From Octopus sinensis (taxonomy: Eukaryota): a stretch of DNA of 64,000 nucleotides. The notes under the pieces are model-generated. The model was given only the letters and a program-made list of their open reading frames with translations, had not been told where the DNA came from and made no database searches. Within the stretch, counting starts at the first letter, position 1. Each line of letters starts with the position of its first letter. Positions 28,766 through 41,432 of the stretch are shown here, in pieces. Location of the stretch: positions 86,862,001 through 86,926,000 of the forward strand of contig NC_043005.1 of assembly GCF_006345805.1 (NCBI RefSeq). The letters run 5' to 3'. The translations under genes were made by a program, and so were the position numbers.

Positions 28766-28767
<2 letters not shown>
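26648..28767 (+). mobile_element. 5'-truncated R4/Dong-like RLE LINE with frameshifts
   Basis: RT motifs EEQKGCRKG, WIDYKKAFDSIPH, RRGIFQGDTLSPLLF, HLLYMDDLKL; CCHC CRICG...ETIHHIISSC; RLE NRPDIVV...IDVSIP...KEMEK; flanked by (TAA)n. Confidence 0.93.
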
Positions 28768-28816
<49 letters not shown>

Positions 28817-28841
28817 TAATATAATAATAATAATAATGATA

Positions 28842-28913
<72 letters not shown>

Positions 28914-28943
28914 TAATAATAATAATGATAATAATAATAATAA
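28768..28943. repeat. (TAA)n microsatellite, 3' flank
   Basis: Direct reading. Confidence 0.95.
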
Positions 28944-29678
28944 TAGTCCTTGCTGTGACTCAAGTGCATTTTTTACCTACACTGTGTTACGAAGGAATAA
29001 TAATTATTATTATTTCAAATATTTGTTACAAGGGCAGCTTGAGGGAGGAGATTAAGTCAATTACATCGACTCCAATGTTTCACTGCTACCTATTTTATCG
29101 ACTCTGAAAAGGATGAAAGGCAAATTCACCCTCGGCAGGATCGACTTTGCATTTCATACTATGTACGCTAAGTTACGTTGATATAAACAAGCCACTCCTA
29201 TTTGCCAGGCAATAATGGCTGGTAAAACACGGACACAAAGACAAGAACACGTATTCCACGAGCTTCCACAAAGTTTGTCAATTCCATTCTCGCCCAAGAC
29301 AGTACTAGCTGATTTGTTCGAGTAAACCTTTCAAAGCGGTGCCCCAGCAAGGCCGCAGACCAGTGACGGAAGCAAATAAACAATAAATGACAAAATACGT
29401 ATTTATTTATCGTTTCGGACAGTTTATTTCAATTTAAAAATTGATAGATTCGGAAAAAAAATGGCGGTGAGCTGGCAGGATCGTTATCATGCCGGGCAAA
29501 ACGCTTGCCGCTATTTCGTGTCTTTACTTTCTAGGTTCAAATTCTGCTGAGTTTGACTTTGCCTTACGTCCTCTCGGTGTCAATAAAATACGGTACTATT
29601 TGAACACTGAGATCGATATAATCGATTTACCAACTTCCCTGCGATTGCTGGCCTTTTACCAAAAACTTAAAACCAATC

Positions 29679-30084
29679 GCAGGAGTGGCTGTGTGGTAAG
29701 AAGATTGCCTACCAACCACGTGGCTCCTGGTTCAGACCCACTGTGTCGCACATTGGGCAAGTGTCTTTTACTATAACCTTGGACCGAACAAAGACTTGTG
29801 AGTAGATTTCTTAGACGGAAACTGAAAGAATCCCGTGGAATACATATGGCCATGTGTGTGTGTGTGTGTGTGTGTGTCTGTCTGTCTGTATATATCGCCC
29901 ACTACCACTTGACAACCGGTTTTGGTGTGCTTACGCCACCATAACCTAGCAGTTCGACGAAACAAACCGATAGAATAAGTACGAAACTTTAAAAAAAATA
30001 AGCGTTGGGATCCATTCATTTGGCTAAAAGATTTTCGAGCCGGTGCCCTAGCATGACTGAAGCAAGTGAAAGATAAAGGATAAA
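29679..30084 (+). mobile_element. SINE family A, preceded by a family B copy (29462-29670)
   Basis: GCAGGAGTGGCTGTGTGGTAAG head and conserved body. Confidence 0.8.
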
Positions 30085-30159
30085 TGGTGTCTGTTTCCAT
30101 GGTGCCATAAATGAAGTTATTTTGCACACCTTTCCGAAATGGATTCAGTTTAATTGTAT

Positions 30160-30422
30160 TTTATATCCAAGTTATATTCCATCGGTTCCGGAGGAGAATG
30201 TTCCAGTGGATCCGATCAATGGAAACATCCTGCTTATGACATGCTGAGCAATCCACGGACATGCGCATACAGAGATTCAAATACAGTTCATTTATATCAC
30301 CTGAGTGGACTGGAGCAAGGGTAAATAGAGTGTCTTGTTCAAGAACACAGCTCAACATACCGCCGGTAATCGAAGTGACGCCTTCATGATCGTGAGCCGA
30401 GACCACATAACCACTAAGCCAG
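30160..30422 (-). mobile_element. tRNA-derived SINE with Deu/Nin-like domain
   Basis: Head GGCTTAGTGGTT...TTCGATTACC; body TGTTCTTGAACAAGACAC...TTGCTCCAGTCCACTCAG. Confidence 0.6.
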
Positions 30423-30559
30423 GCGTTATACTATAATAGTTATATGACGTACGTAATCTGATCAATAAGTATACGGACGGTTTCCATAGTAACGAAGCTA
30501 AAGCATGCAGATTAAAGCCGCTTGGCACAAACTGGTTTAAAACTCTGCTGTGCGTGTGC

Positions 30560-31116
30560 ACTGACGCTTAACGTCTTATCTTACTTCTGCTGTTAACAGC
30601 AGTGCTTGGAAGGAAGGTGTGAAGCGTGTGATCTTCACATTGACCATGACAGAAATTTGAGCAAAGATTTTGCATCAAATTTTGCCAAAAGCTTTGCAAC
30701 ATCTGCTTAGAGGCCTATAAAAAGTTTTCAAAATGTTTCCCTCGGTCCAGACTCAGTCAAGGAGACTTAGTGCAACTGAAATGCGGGTATCTTTTTGGTT
30801 AGCTGAAAGCAATTTTGGCACAAATTTGGCAGACACGCGCCTCATATCCAAAGCTATCTTCAGTGATAACGGACTGAACTGAACCATGACTAATCTTCAC
30901 ATCCTCGGATAACTCACGGATGGTGATTCGACGATTTCCCCCTGCACCTGCACGCACGTCAGTGGTGTTTCTCTCAGTTCTACTGGTTGAAGGTCTCCCA
31001 AAACGTTTGTCAATATCGACATTTTCCAGCCATCTTGGAACATCTGAACTACTCCCACACTTGTGTGCGGCTCATACACGCCCCTCCATACACTTTCTGC
31101 AACTTTGCATGTGCTT
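30560..31116. pseudogene. Mariner transposase N-terminal remnants (plus strand 30645-30740; minus strand 30745-31116)
   Basis: Minus: MSRTQVWE*F...GRPSTS...RRITIRELSEDVKISHGSVQS...MRRVSAKFVPKLL; plus: frameshifted mariner N-terminus. Confidence 0.85.
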
Positions 31117-32183
31117 CTGTCCGAAACGATAAATAAATACGTATTTTATCATTTATTGTTTATTTGCTTCCGTCACTGGACTGCGGCCTTGCTGGGGCAC
31201 CGCTTTGAAAGGTTTACTCGAACAAATCAGCTAGTGCTGTCTTGTGCGAGAATGGAATTGACAGAAATTTTGTGGAAGCTCGTGGAATACGTGTTCTTGT
31301 CTTCGTGTCCGTCCTTTACCAGCCGCCATTGCCTGGCAACTAGGAGTGGCCTGTTTATATCAACGTAACTAGCTTACTCTGTCATGGTCAAATTGACGAT
31401 CACACCTACACACATTCATTTCAGGCATTTCTGTAAACAGCAGATGTGAGGTAGAACATTAAAACTTACTGCGCATGTACAACAGAGTCTAAGGTCAATC
31501 TTTGCGAAGCAGCTTTATTCTGCATGATTTAACGCCGTTCCTATGGCAATAGTCCAGATACTTATTGATCAGAACTCGTCTACTTGTTTTACCTAGTATT
31601 AGCTATACATTAAACATACTAAGGTCATCATTCCCAAACAATATCTGCCTTCTCCGAGTAGCGAAGCCTCATTGGTCAGGTCTAGCCTTGCATGACACTC
31701 ACAGGTATCGATTCGTTTTTGGGAGAAGATGATAATATTCTAATGAACCAACAGCTCAGTTGATGGTCTGGTCTTCATTATTTGGTGTAAGTTTCTTTCA
31801 GAATTTTATTATGAAGTTTTATAAATCATTTTATTTGTATAAATCATTGTATAATAAGCAGCGTAAATCCAATAAAGTCGGATTATTTATTTTAGCGATA
31901 AATCTAAAACTGCTCATGAACAAACAATATCAACAGGTATTATAGAATAGCAATTTCATAACGCATACACACCAACCTATAGGCATATACATACATATGT
32001 GTGTGTGTGTGTGTTTGTGTGTGTTTGTGTGTGTATGTATGTTTTCAATGTGTACAAATAACACAGAAAAATAAAAAGAAGTTACCAGGGTAAGCAAAAA
32101 TTCGCATAAGTACCAAGGATGTAACAGGTTACTTATAAAGGTAGACATTCCAGGGTTTAGTGAAATGTGTTCATTAACACAAA

Positions 32184-32360
32184 TAAATGGAGTTAAACGC
32201 AGGTGTTATTCAAATCCTTATGCTTCCGACATATGTTTCAAAAGAAAACATTGGTTTTATTCCAGAAGGAATAAAATGATGTGAAATAATGCCATCTTCT
32301 CATCAAAGAAAAAAAAACCAAACACATCAATAAGACATTTTAACAGAATGTGATGACTGC

Positions 32361-32362
<2 letters not shown>
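32184..32362 (-). repeat. ~180-bp dispersed repeat containing a hammerhead-like motif (second copy 50097-50278)
   Basis: UUGAUGA-GAAGA...GAAA-CAUAUG-UC-GGAAG at 32223-32311; ends at (TA)n. Confidence 0.65.
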
Positions 32363-32427
<65 letters not shown>

Positions 32428-32428
<1 letters not shown>

Positions 32429-32813
32429 TCTTTTATTCTTTTACTTGTTCCAGTCATTTGACTGCGGCAGTACTGGAGCACGACCTTTAGTCGAGCAAAT
32501 CGACGCCAGGACTTACTCTTTGTAAGCCCACTACTTATTCTATCGGTCTCTTTTGCCGAACCTCTAAGTTGTGGGGATGTAAACAAACCAGCAAGCGATG
32601 CTGGGGGGGGGCACATTCACAAACACACACACACACACAAATATCTATATATACGACGGGCTTCCTTCAGTTCCCGCCTATCAGATCCACTGACGAGGCT
32701 TTGGTCAGTCAGAGGCTATAGTAGAAGACACTTGCCCAAGGTGCCATGCAGAGTGACTTAACCCAGAACTATGTGGTTGGAAAGCAGGCTACTTACCACA
32801 CAACCACTCCTGC
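32428..32813 (-). mobile_element. SINE family A, full length
   Basis: Reverse complement of the 17783-18160 type. Confidence 0.85.
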
Positions 32814-33477
32814 GCCAATATATGTATATATACATTAAAGCATATAAACGAATGTTTATATGTTTATGTGTGTGTATGTGTGTGCATAAGTATATATGTC
32901 TGTGTGTGCATAAGTATGTATGTCTGTGTGTGTTTGCGTGTATGTGTGTATGCGTATCAACTGTAGTACTAAAATCATCAAATTATGCAAACAACCGAAA
33001 TACATATGAGACAGATAGACAATGCATTTGATAAAAACAACAAAGTTTGAGAACTTAATACTGATATAACTAAAGATTGTAGGCGTTCAAAAGAGGTTGA
33101 ATGGCAGAATTAGCGGCGCTGATTTCAACTTATGGTATTACATTTGTCATATATCTTATGCCCAAAGTTTCACTTGATTCGCTGCGCTTTTATTTGTTTT
33201 CTGTTTGATAACATGTGTGTAGGCGCAGTTGTGGGGGGGGGTGAAAAAACGTCGCCTCCCCAATGATATGTTTCTGGGTTAAGTATCACTAGGCGACTGC
33301 TTGGGCAAGTGTCTTGCACTATGGCCTAGGGCTGAACAAAGCTTTGTAAGTTGACTTCGTTGGCGGTAAATGAAAACAAACCCTTCCAGTCGTATACATA
33401 TATATATACGTGTGCGTGTATGCGTGCGCACCCATGCGTGTCTGTGTGTTTCTTTCTGCCTGTGTTTGTCCATCGTC

Positions 33478-33775
33478 AACGATCAACAACTGCAAGGAGT
33501 ATATAGTGCTTTGAAATCCCGTCAATCGAAGACGCGCACTCCTACAGCATGACAATACCCCAGCACACACTGCCAATGTGACCAAAGGAGAAATTGAGGG
33601 AGTTCAGGAGCTGGAAGTGTTGCCCCACCCTGCTTAGAATCCCAGACCTTGTACTATCAGATTATCCCCTTTTCCTAACCGCACTTCATTTCCTGTAACC
33701 AACGGTGGTTTCAAAGATATGCATAGGGTGGAAAATGGGCGAAGGGGGTTTTTTCGCCTCTAAACAAGCCAAATG
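33478..33775 (+). pseudogene. Mariner catalytic-domain remnant
   Basis: LLQHDNTPAHTANVT...LEVLPHPA*NPDLVLSDYPLF. Confidence 0.85.
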
Positions 33776-34661
33776 GTCGACTTTGCCTTTCATCCTTTCG
33801 GGGTCGATTAAATAAGTACCAGTTACGCACTGGGGGCGATATAATCTAGTTAATCCGTTTGTCTGTCCTTGTTTGTCCTCTCCGTGTTTAGCCCTTTGTG
33901 GGTAGTAAAAAAATATGTATTAGCGTGCAATTGAGCTATAGGGAAAACGATGGCAACAGACAGTAGAACAATTTGTATTATATGTAGTTTCTTTGAACTA
34001 TGAATTAAAGCTTGAAATAGCGAAAAAGCTTCTCAATAAAACCAGTAAGTTCGAAATTACAAGCATTACCTGTGTTACATCACTGATTAATATACCAAGG
34101 TTACTACACCTTTCTAGTTAAAATATATAGAATAAATCATTTAGATGGCATACTTTAGAATAAGATTCATCTTAATAATTCCCAAAGAGAAATTATGATT
34201 TACAATTTATGCCTTATCATGGCGACAATGTAGATGAGAGATTCTGTTATCTCAAGTGAATAGAGTAGGATCATTGAAGTCGATAACAATAGACAACATC
34301 CTTGGCAACATATTGGCTTCGTGTCAAGGAAACATCAACAAAGAAATAACAGGAAAGAATATAAAAATACAGTGAATAGAATCTGCTTCCGTTCTGTTTA
34401 ACATAATATATTCGTTTATTAGCCTTCCCGGTAGTTTATTTCTCCTCATTAGAACATTTGTTTGTTTATTTTCGCTTTTTTTTCTTATCCGTCGCGTCTG
34501 CTATTTAAGGGCTATGGATACATACATACATACGTACATAAATACGTGCATACACACATATATACATACGTACATACATACATACATTCACACACACATA
34601 TATATATGTATTCAAGTATACATATATATTTATATAATTAAATACATACATACAAATATAG

Positions 34662-34728
<67 letters not shown>

Positions 34729-34741
34729 CACACCGAATTTG

Positions 34742-34774
<33 letters not shown>

Positions 34775-35060
34775 TATATATATTTATATACACACCGAAT
34801 TTGTATATATATATATATATATATGTATACATATCCATATACATATATATACACATCATTAAGTGCACACACATATATATAATACACCACACACACACAC
34901 CCTACGCACACACAAATATCAATGCAGTTGCCTGTATGTAAATTCACGCTTTTACCTCTTTATGCGATTATCTGCGTATGCTCTTCGGCAAACGTCTCTT
35001 TTCTGTGTGTGTGTCTGTTCGCCTATCAAATTATTCTGTGTCCATATGCACCACCATATG

Positions 35061-35101
<41 letters not shown>

Positions 35102-35878
35102 CTGTTTGCGTCAGTGTTCGTGTTTATGTAATAAGAAATAGAAAGCATGAAACTGAAGCTTTATCAAATTAACGTATCTCCCGCTGTGAAGAGGTCGATA
35201 GATCGTCTTCAGTTATTGTCTGCCAATATGTCAGGAACTCAATGAATCTGTCGAAGATTTCATGCAAGAGTAACAATGGTGTTTATGGTCAGAACGAATC
35301 ATTGATCTGTAAATTATTAATTTACTGAAAAGATTGTCTTCGTAATCTCACTTGTCTTTGAAGAAACGATTCCTAAACTGATAATAACATTCCTGAAAGC
35401 ATGCAGTGGAACTGATGACGAGCGATGATGGGAATAAGATAGACTGAGAGGCTGAGAGAGGAAGGAGAAGGAGAAAGAGATGAATAAAGAGGGAAAGGAG
35501 AAGGAAGAGAGCGAGGGAATGGGAGAGACGTAAATTGATTTATAAATGCATTAGGGGAGGAATATACGATACACACACACACACGTGTATGTGTGTATGT
35601 GCATGTATGCACACATATATATATGTATATATATATATATATAATATGTATATGTTTATATGCATATGTGTGTATGCATACATATATGTTTATATTTGTG
35701 TATATGTGTGTATTTGGTCGTAAATGTTTGTACATTTATGTGTATAATATACACGTACACTTCCTTTGCACACATACATTTACACACCCATACAAGTCTT
35801 AGACACACACATATTTACATACATACATACATAGATACTTTTATATAATATATATATATTATATATATATATATATAT

Positions 35879-35926
<48 letters not shown>

Positions 35927-36798
35927 TATATATACATACGTATGCACAGATATGTATGTACATATATATATATATATATATATTATGTATATATATATGT
36001 GTACATAAATATGCATAGATATGTATGCATTTATGTAGGTATGTATGTATATATATAGAAAATTATTGATAGAGGCGGGTGGGGTAAAAGATTGAGGGGA
36101 GATTATGGAATGTAACTGTAATAGAGCTATTACATTTGAACGAAAAATTCTCTTTATTTCTCTCCTGAAAGCAACCAAACTCTGTAGTTTTATAGCAAAA
36201 ACAGACATCAGAAACAGCTCTTCCTTGCCGACATGTTGATGGTATTAAGATTTACACAGAGATACTGCTATCATCGTAATCATACATTGATATATTTCGG
36301 TAACAGCTTTCATTAACGCATGTCTGGTTAATTTCATTACAGTAAAATCTGTTAACTAATTTTTATGTATACATTTATTGATTTTCGCATATATCCTAAT
36401 AACTGTCTCTGTTAATAGAGGCAAGGAATCAAAGAAATTTTGCATACTAATGCAATTTAACTTTCCAATTGCTGCTGTGGTCGATTTCTACATGAGCGCT
36501 TAGAAAGCGTGCTAGTTATGACTGATAATAGTTTAACAACGTAAATACTGCATGAGAATCACAGCAAAGCGCCCTCACTTCGATTTCTGGAGTAAATGTC
36601 TAGTGCCATGCACAACAATTCTAGGATTACGAGTACTTGTCGTCTGAATGGCATTAGGCGTATTGGAAAGATTTTATAGTGACAACAGGAAGGATAGAAT
36701 AATCATCATTTATGCTTCAGGAATGAAAGAGGACGAAAATGATTTGGTGTAGGAGGCAACAGACTAAATCACCATAACGACTTTACAAACGCATTAAT

Positions 36799-37920
36799 TA
36801 AACTGTTGGAAGGCGGGTACCTGGCAGAAGTGTTAGTACGCCGGGCGAAATGCTGAGCGGTATTTCGTCTGCCACTACGTTGTGAGTTCAAATTCTGCCG
36901 AGGTCGACTTTGCCTTTCTTCCTTTCGGGGTCGATTAAGTAAGTACCAGTTACGCACTGGGGTCTATATAATCGACTTAATCCGTCTGTCTGTACTTGTT
37001 CGTCTTCTCTGTGTTTAGTCCCTTGTGGGTAGTAAAGAAATAGGCATTTCGTCTGGCGTTACGTTCTGAGTTCAAATTCCGCTGAGGTCGACTTTGCCTT
37101 TCATCCTTTCGGGGTCGATTAAATAAGTACCAGTTACGCACTGGGGTCGATATAATCGACTTAATCCGATTGTCTGTCCTTGTTTGTCCTCTCTGTGTTC
37201 AGCCCCTTGTGGGTAGTAAAGAAATAGGTGTTTCGCCTATCGCTACGTCTTCAGTTCAAATTCCGCCGAGGTCGACTTTTCCTTTCATCATTTCAGGGTC
37301 GATAAATAAAGAACCAGTGAAACCCTGGTATCGGTGTAATCGACTAGACCCCTCTCCCAAATTTCAGGCCTTGTGCTTATAGTAGGAAAAAATTATTTAA
37401 ACTGTTGGAAGGCGGCGAGATGGCAGAATCGTTAGAACGCCGGGCGAGTTACTTAGCGATATTTCGCCCGTCGCTACGTTCTGAGTTCAAATTCCGTCGA
37501 GGTCGACATTGCCTTTCGTCCTTTCGGTTCGATGAATTAAGTACCAGTGAAATACTGTGGTCAATCTCATCGACTGGCCCCTTCCCCCGAATTCCCATGA
37601 CTTGTACATATTTTACAATAGATTGTTTAAACTGTTGGAATCGGCGAGTTGGCAGAATCGCTAACAAGGCGGGCAAAACGCTCATCGGTATTTCGATTGT
37701 CTTTACTTCCTGAGATCAATGTGTCTGTGCCTTTCATACAGTTGGGTTCTATAAAATTTCAGGCCCCGATGATAGAAAGTTATTGAGTCGATCAAAATGC
37801 TTAGCAACATTTCTTGCGGCTCATTCCGTTCTGGGTTCACACTCCGCCACGATCGACCTTGCATTTCATCCTTTCGGAGTTGACAAATTAAGAACCAGTT
37901 AAACACTGGTGTCATTGTAA
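36799..37920 (+). repeat. Tandem cluster of about 6 SINE family B copies
   Basis: Repeated GTTCAAATTCCG..GAGGTCGAC.TTGCCTTTC; TAAACTGTTGGAA at 36799, 37398 and 37628; last copy inverted. Confidence 0.85.
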
Positions 37921-38298
37921 TGGACTTCTCCTTTCCTTAATACTTAAAACTATTATTTAAATGCGTAGACGTTTAAATAATAGTTTCTTTTATGCAGGAG
38001 GAAATAGTGAGACAAAGCTGCGGCGAAAGAGTCAGCAGAAGTCCGCCGTTACCTTCATTTTTTATATATATATATATACATATATATGTATATATATATA
38101 TATATTGGCCTGCTCGCTTAGCCAGCGGGGTGGCGTCATTTGAAGGTTAAAACAATTCGAAGCGCATTCTGACCGGCGATGCGTAACAAGATCTGATAGC
38201 CTGGTCGGTCACAGTGACGTATATATATATATAAATATATATATATATATGAAAAAATAAGTCAAAAATAGAAAATGCTAAAATAATTTTATAGTGAA

Positions 38299-38346
38299 CA
38301 TTTCAGTACCGGTTTCGGTCACTTTGAGACCTTTTCAACTGGAACG
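38299..38346 (-). ncRNA. Type I minimal hammerhead ribozyme (U3-A8 variant) in the PLE terminal repeat
   Basis: CGUUCCAG-UUGAAAA-GGUC(UCAAAGU)GACC-GAAA-CCGG-UA-CUGAAAUG. Confidence 0.8.
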
Positions 38347-38694
38347 ATTAAATAATTAAATTTAGAAAAATTAGAAGAAAATTTTTTTAAAAGAATATTT
38401 CTATAGTAGTGTTCAGATTTAAGTGGCATTCTGCCTTTCTCTGACTCCCTTGTTTGCACTTGTGTGTTGGAGGTCGTTGTGAGTTCTTGGTAGGGTAGTA
38501 GAGGGAGAAGGCTTGTGAGGAAAGGGGGTGGGAGAATTTGGGTGTGCCCTGATGGTCGTATTTTGAATGGTCAGTGGCGGCTGGCAGTCTCAGTTCAATT
38601 CAGGAGAATATTTATATTGACAGGCTTGTTTATAGAATTTGCGTAGGTGTTATACTAAAAAACATTAGTGACAAAGTTAAGGGGTAGGAGGTGG

Positions 38695-38875
38695 AGAAGT
38701 AGAAGAAGAAGAAGAAGAAGAAGAAGATGACGATGTTGATGATGATGATGATGAAGAAGAAGAAGAAGAAGGAGAAGGAGAAGATGACGATGATGGTGAT
38801 GGTGGTGATGATTATGACGACGATGATGATGATAATGATGATGATGAAGAAGAAGAGGAAGAAGAAGAAAAAAAC
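38695..38875. repeat. (GAA)/(GAT) mosaic tract in the PLE 3' UTR (mirrored and partly duplicated at 43485-43745)
   Basis: Direct reading. Confidence 0.9.
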
Positions 38876-39131
38876 AGAGAAGGGACAATATGAATGGGTT
38901 AAAGTAGTGAGGTGTTGTATGACTTGAAGTTGGTATGTTATGGATTATAGCTGTGATTTTAGCTGTGATTAGTAATGGATTCTTTGGAATGTAATATTTG
39001 CGTGTGAATATTTCTTTTATTCTAAAGTTGAGGTATATTAATTGTTTGTCGTAGACCCGTTAAGAAGTGGCCAGTATTTTGTAATAAAGAGAGTTTCTTT
39101 ACTTATTCGTTGTCTCGAGGTTGTATCGTCC

Positions 39132-39566
39132 CTAAATTGGTAGAGGGGGAAAATCCTGAAGCTTGGTGTTTTTTTTGTTGGCGCAAGTATCTATGTGTTG
39201 GCTAAAAGCTATTTTTCTGTTTTGGGGAATTTTTATCTGGGATCTGTGCAGGGCCATTCGTTTACGCAAACTATTTTTTGTTTGGCCTATGTACTGCTCT
39301 TGACACCCGGAGCAGGTTAGTGAGTATATTAGGTTCTCCGAAGCACATGTGAAGTTGCTTTTCACTGTAAACCGTTGTCCCTGTTTGAAGGAGAACTCTG
39401 TTCCCTCAATTAGATAGTCGCATATCCCGCAATTGGGTCTTCCACATTTTTTTACTGTCGGCTTCTGTGTTGAAGAGTGAATTCGGGCTTGTGTTAGGAG
39501 ACTTTTCATGGATTTAGGCTGTCTCTTGCTTTTTATGATCGTGTGTGTTTGGAGGATTGTGTTCAT
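39132..39566 (-). pseudogene. PLE GIY-YIG endonuclease domain, frameshifted at an A-run
   Basis: CGRPNCGIC...NLIYSLTCSGC...YIGQT...LRKRMALHRSQI. Confidence 0.9.
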
Positions 39567-39694
39567 TCTGTGGTCTTTTTTTAGGAGGGGTAAGTTGTGG
39601 AGGATGGTGCCGAAGGCTTCGTTATTGAGAGGGTTGTGTGTGGAGATGTATGGTAAGGCTTTTGGTTGTAAGTTTTTCTTTGATTTGGGATGTC

Positions 39695-41432
39695 TCAGTT
39701 CCTTGATGTTAAGTTGAAGGGCACGTTGAATGCACTTGTCAATAAGTGAAGGTGGATAGTTCCTGGTGATAAGGAAGGAATACTGAAAGAACTCAAGAAA
39801 ATGAACACAAATTTGTCAACATGATAGTTCCTGGTGATAAGGGTATCTTTTAGTTCTTGTAGTCGTGTGTCTCTGGTGTTTGCGTTCGAGACTATAGTGC
39901 ATATCCTTTTTGCTAGGTTGAAGGGGATATTCATCCTGGTGTGTCTGGGGTGGCATGAATTGAATGGAAGATATTGCTTAGAGTCTGTAGGCTTATAATA
40001 TATGTCTGTTTCTATTTTATTAGCTTTCTTAATGAGGATATCGAGGAAGGGGAGTTGTTGCTGGCTATATTCCATCGTGAATTGGATGCTTACGTCCAGT
40101 CCGTTTAAGATTTCCTGGAATTCTGAGTTTTTCTATATTTTTATGCCAAAGGATGAAACAGTCATCTAGACATCTCTTCCAGTTGTTTTCTATGTAGATG
40201 GAGAAAGGGCTGCCATATCTTTCTAGAACCTTACGATACAGACTGATCTCTAGATATCCTACGACTAGGTTGGCAAAGGAGGGGGCCATTCGTGTACCCA
40301 TCGCAGTCCCCGATTTTTGTCGGTAGAAGTTGTCATTGAAGGCGAAGAATTTATTTTCCAGGATGAATTTAACCCCTTCTATCACGAATTCTTTTTTGAT
40401 GCGATGTGGTAGTTCGTTGGCGTGATTTTCTAGCCAGAATTGGATTGCCTCTAGTCCTAGGTTGTGGGGGATATTGGAGTAGAAGTTGACTACATCGAAG
40501 GATACCAGTATGGTGTTTTTGTTTATAGTATTCGGTAGGTGTTTGAGCATATCTAAGTGGTCCCTTATATAGCTTTTGACATGTTTTAGGAGTGGTTTTA
40601 ACAGGGTGTCTAAAAAGTTACTGAGGCGGTGGGTTTCGCATGCGGGACCTGCTATTATGGGTCTCAATTTGAGGTCATTAGGATTAGGGACTTTAATTAT
40701 TTTGTCTGTGGCTATCTTGCATGCGTTGCTTATTTTCTCACTTTTGTGGATCTTAGGTATACCGTAGAATTGGCTGGTTTTGCTTGTGAAATTGGTCATA
40801 TAATCATATTCTTTGTCGGTGAGCACTGCTTTGTATGGTTTTAATATGGATTTTAGTTCCCTCATTATTTTTTGTTGACTGTAGTTTTGTGCCTTTTCAT
40901 AGTATGTTGTGTCTTCCAGCATAGAAAGTACCAAAGTTATGTAAAATGTCGTATCCATTAAGACAACAGCACTCCCTTTATCGGCCTCTTTGATTGTTAT
41001 TGTTTTATCTAGTTTTAATTTGTTCAACTCAGCCCATTCTTTTTTGCTGAAGTTTTGTTTGTGTTTTTGTTTGTGCATATGTTGATATGGGTAATTTGAT
41101 ATGTGGTCACAGAAATCATCAAGTGTTTTGTTCTTACCTTTCGAGGGGGTGTAGTTACTCCTATTTCTGGCTAACGATTCGTCCTCGTTGTATTTATCGT
41201 ATAGCTCCTCAGTAAGTCTTAATTTTCTGCAGAATTCTGCAATGTCTTCTTTCATTTCATTGTAGTTGGGGTGTTGTGGGGTGGGTGTAAACTTGAGTCC
41301 TTTGGAAAGTATGTTTATTTGGTTTGCTGTTAGTTCCTTGTGGGTTAGATTAATAATTTTTATTACTTTTGGTTCCTCCTGCTTGTTTGGTGCTATCTTG
41401 TGTCTCTGTGTTTGCGTATTGGATCTAAAAAA
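39695..41432 (-). pseudogene. PLE reverse transcriptase
   Basis: IINLT...LSKGLKFTPTP, KEADKGSAVV, FYGIPKIHK, RPIIAG, SFDVVNFY, QKSGTAMG, RCLDDCF, LPFLDI, YYKPTDSKQYL; frameshifts near 40125 and 39800. Confidence 0.92.

Larger units (their letters stand above)
29171..31370. repeat. ~253-bp inverted repeat pair (29171-29422 and 31117-31370) enclosing SINEs and mariner pieces
   Basis: Arms are near reverse complements by direct comparison. Confidence 0.85.

Noticed and set aside
38130-38180. HHR-like topology GUCAU-UUGAAGG...CGAAG-CGCA-UU-CUGAC
   Set aside because: Too many core deviations and no stem II to claim a ribozyme
38655-38927. Poly-His/Leu and poly-Met/Lys ORFs (also 43466-43813)
   Set aside because: Read-through of the GAA/GAT tract in the PLE UTR
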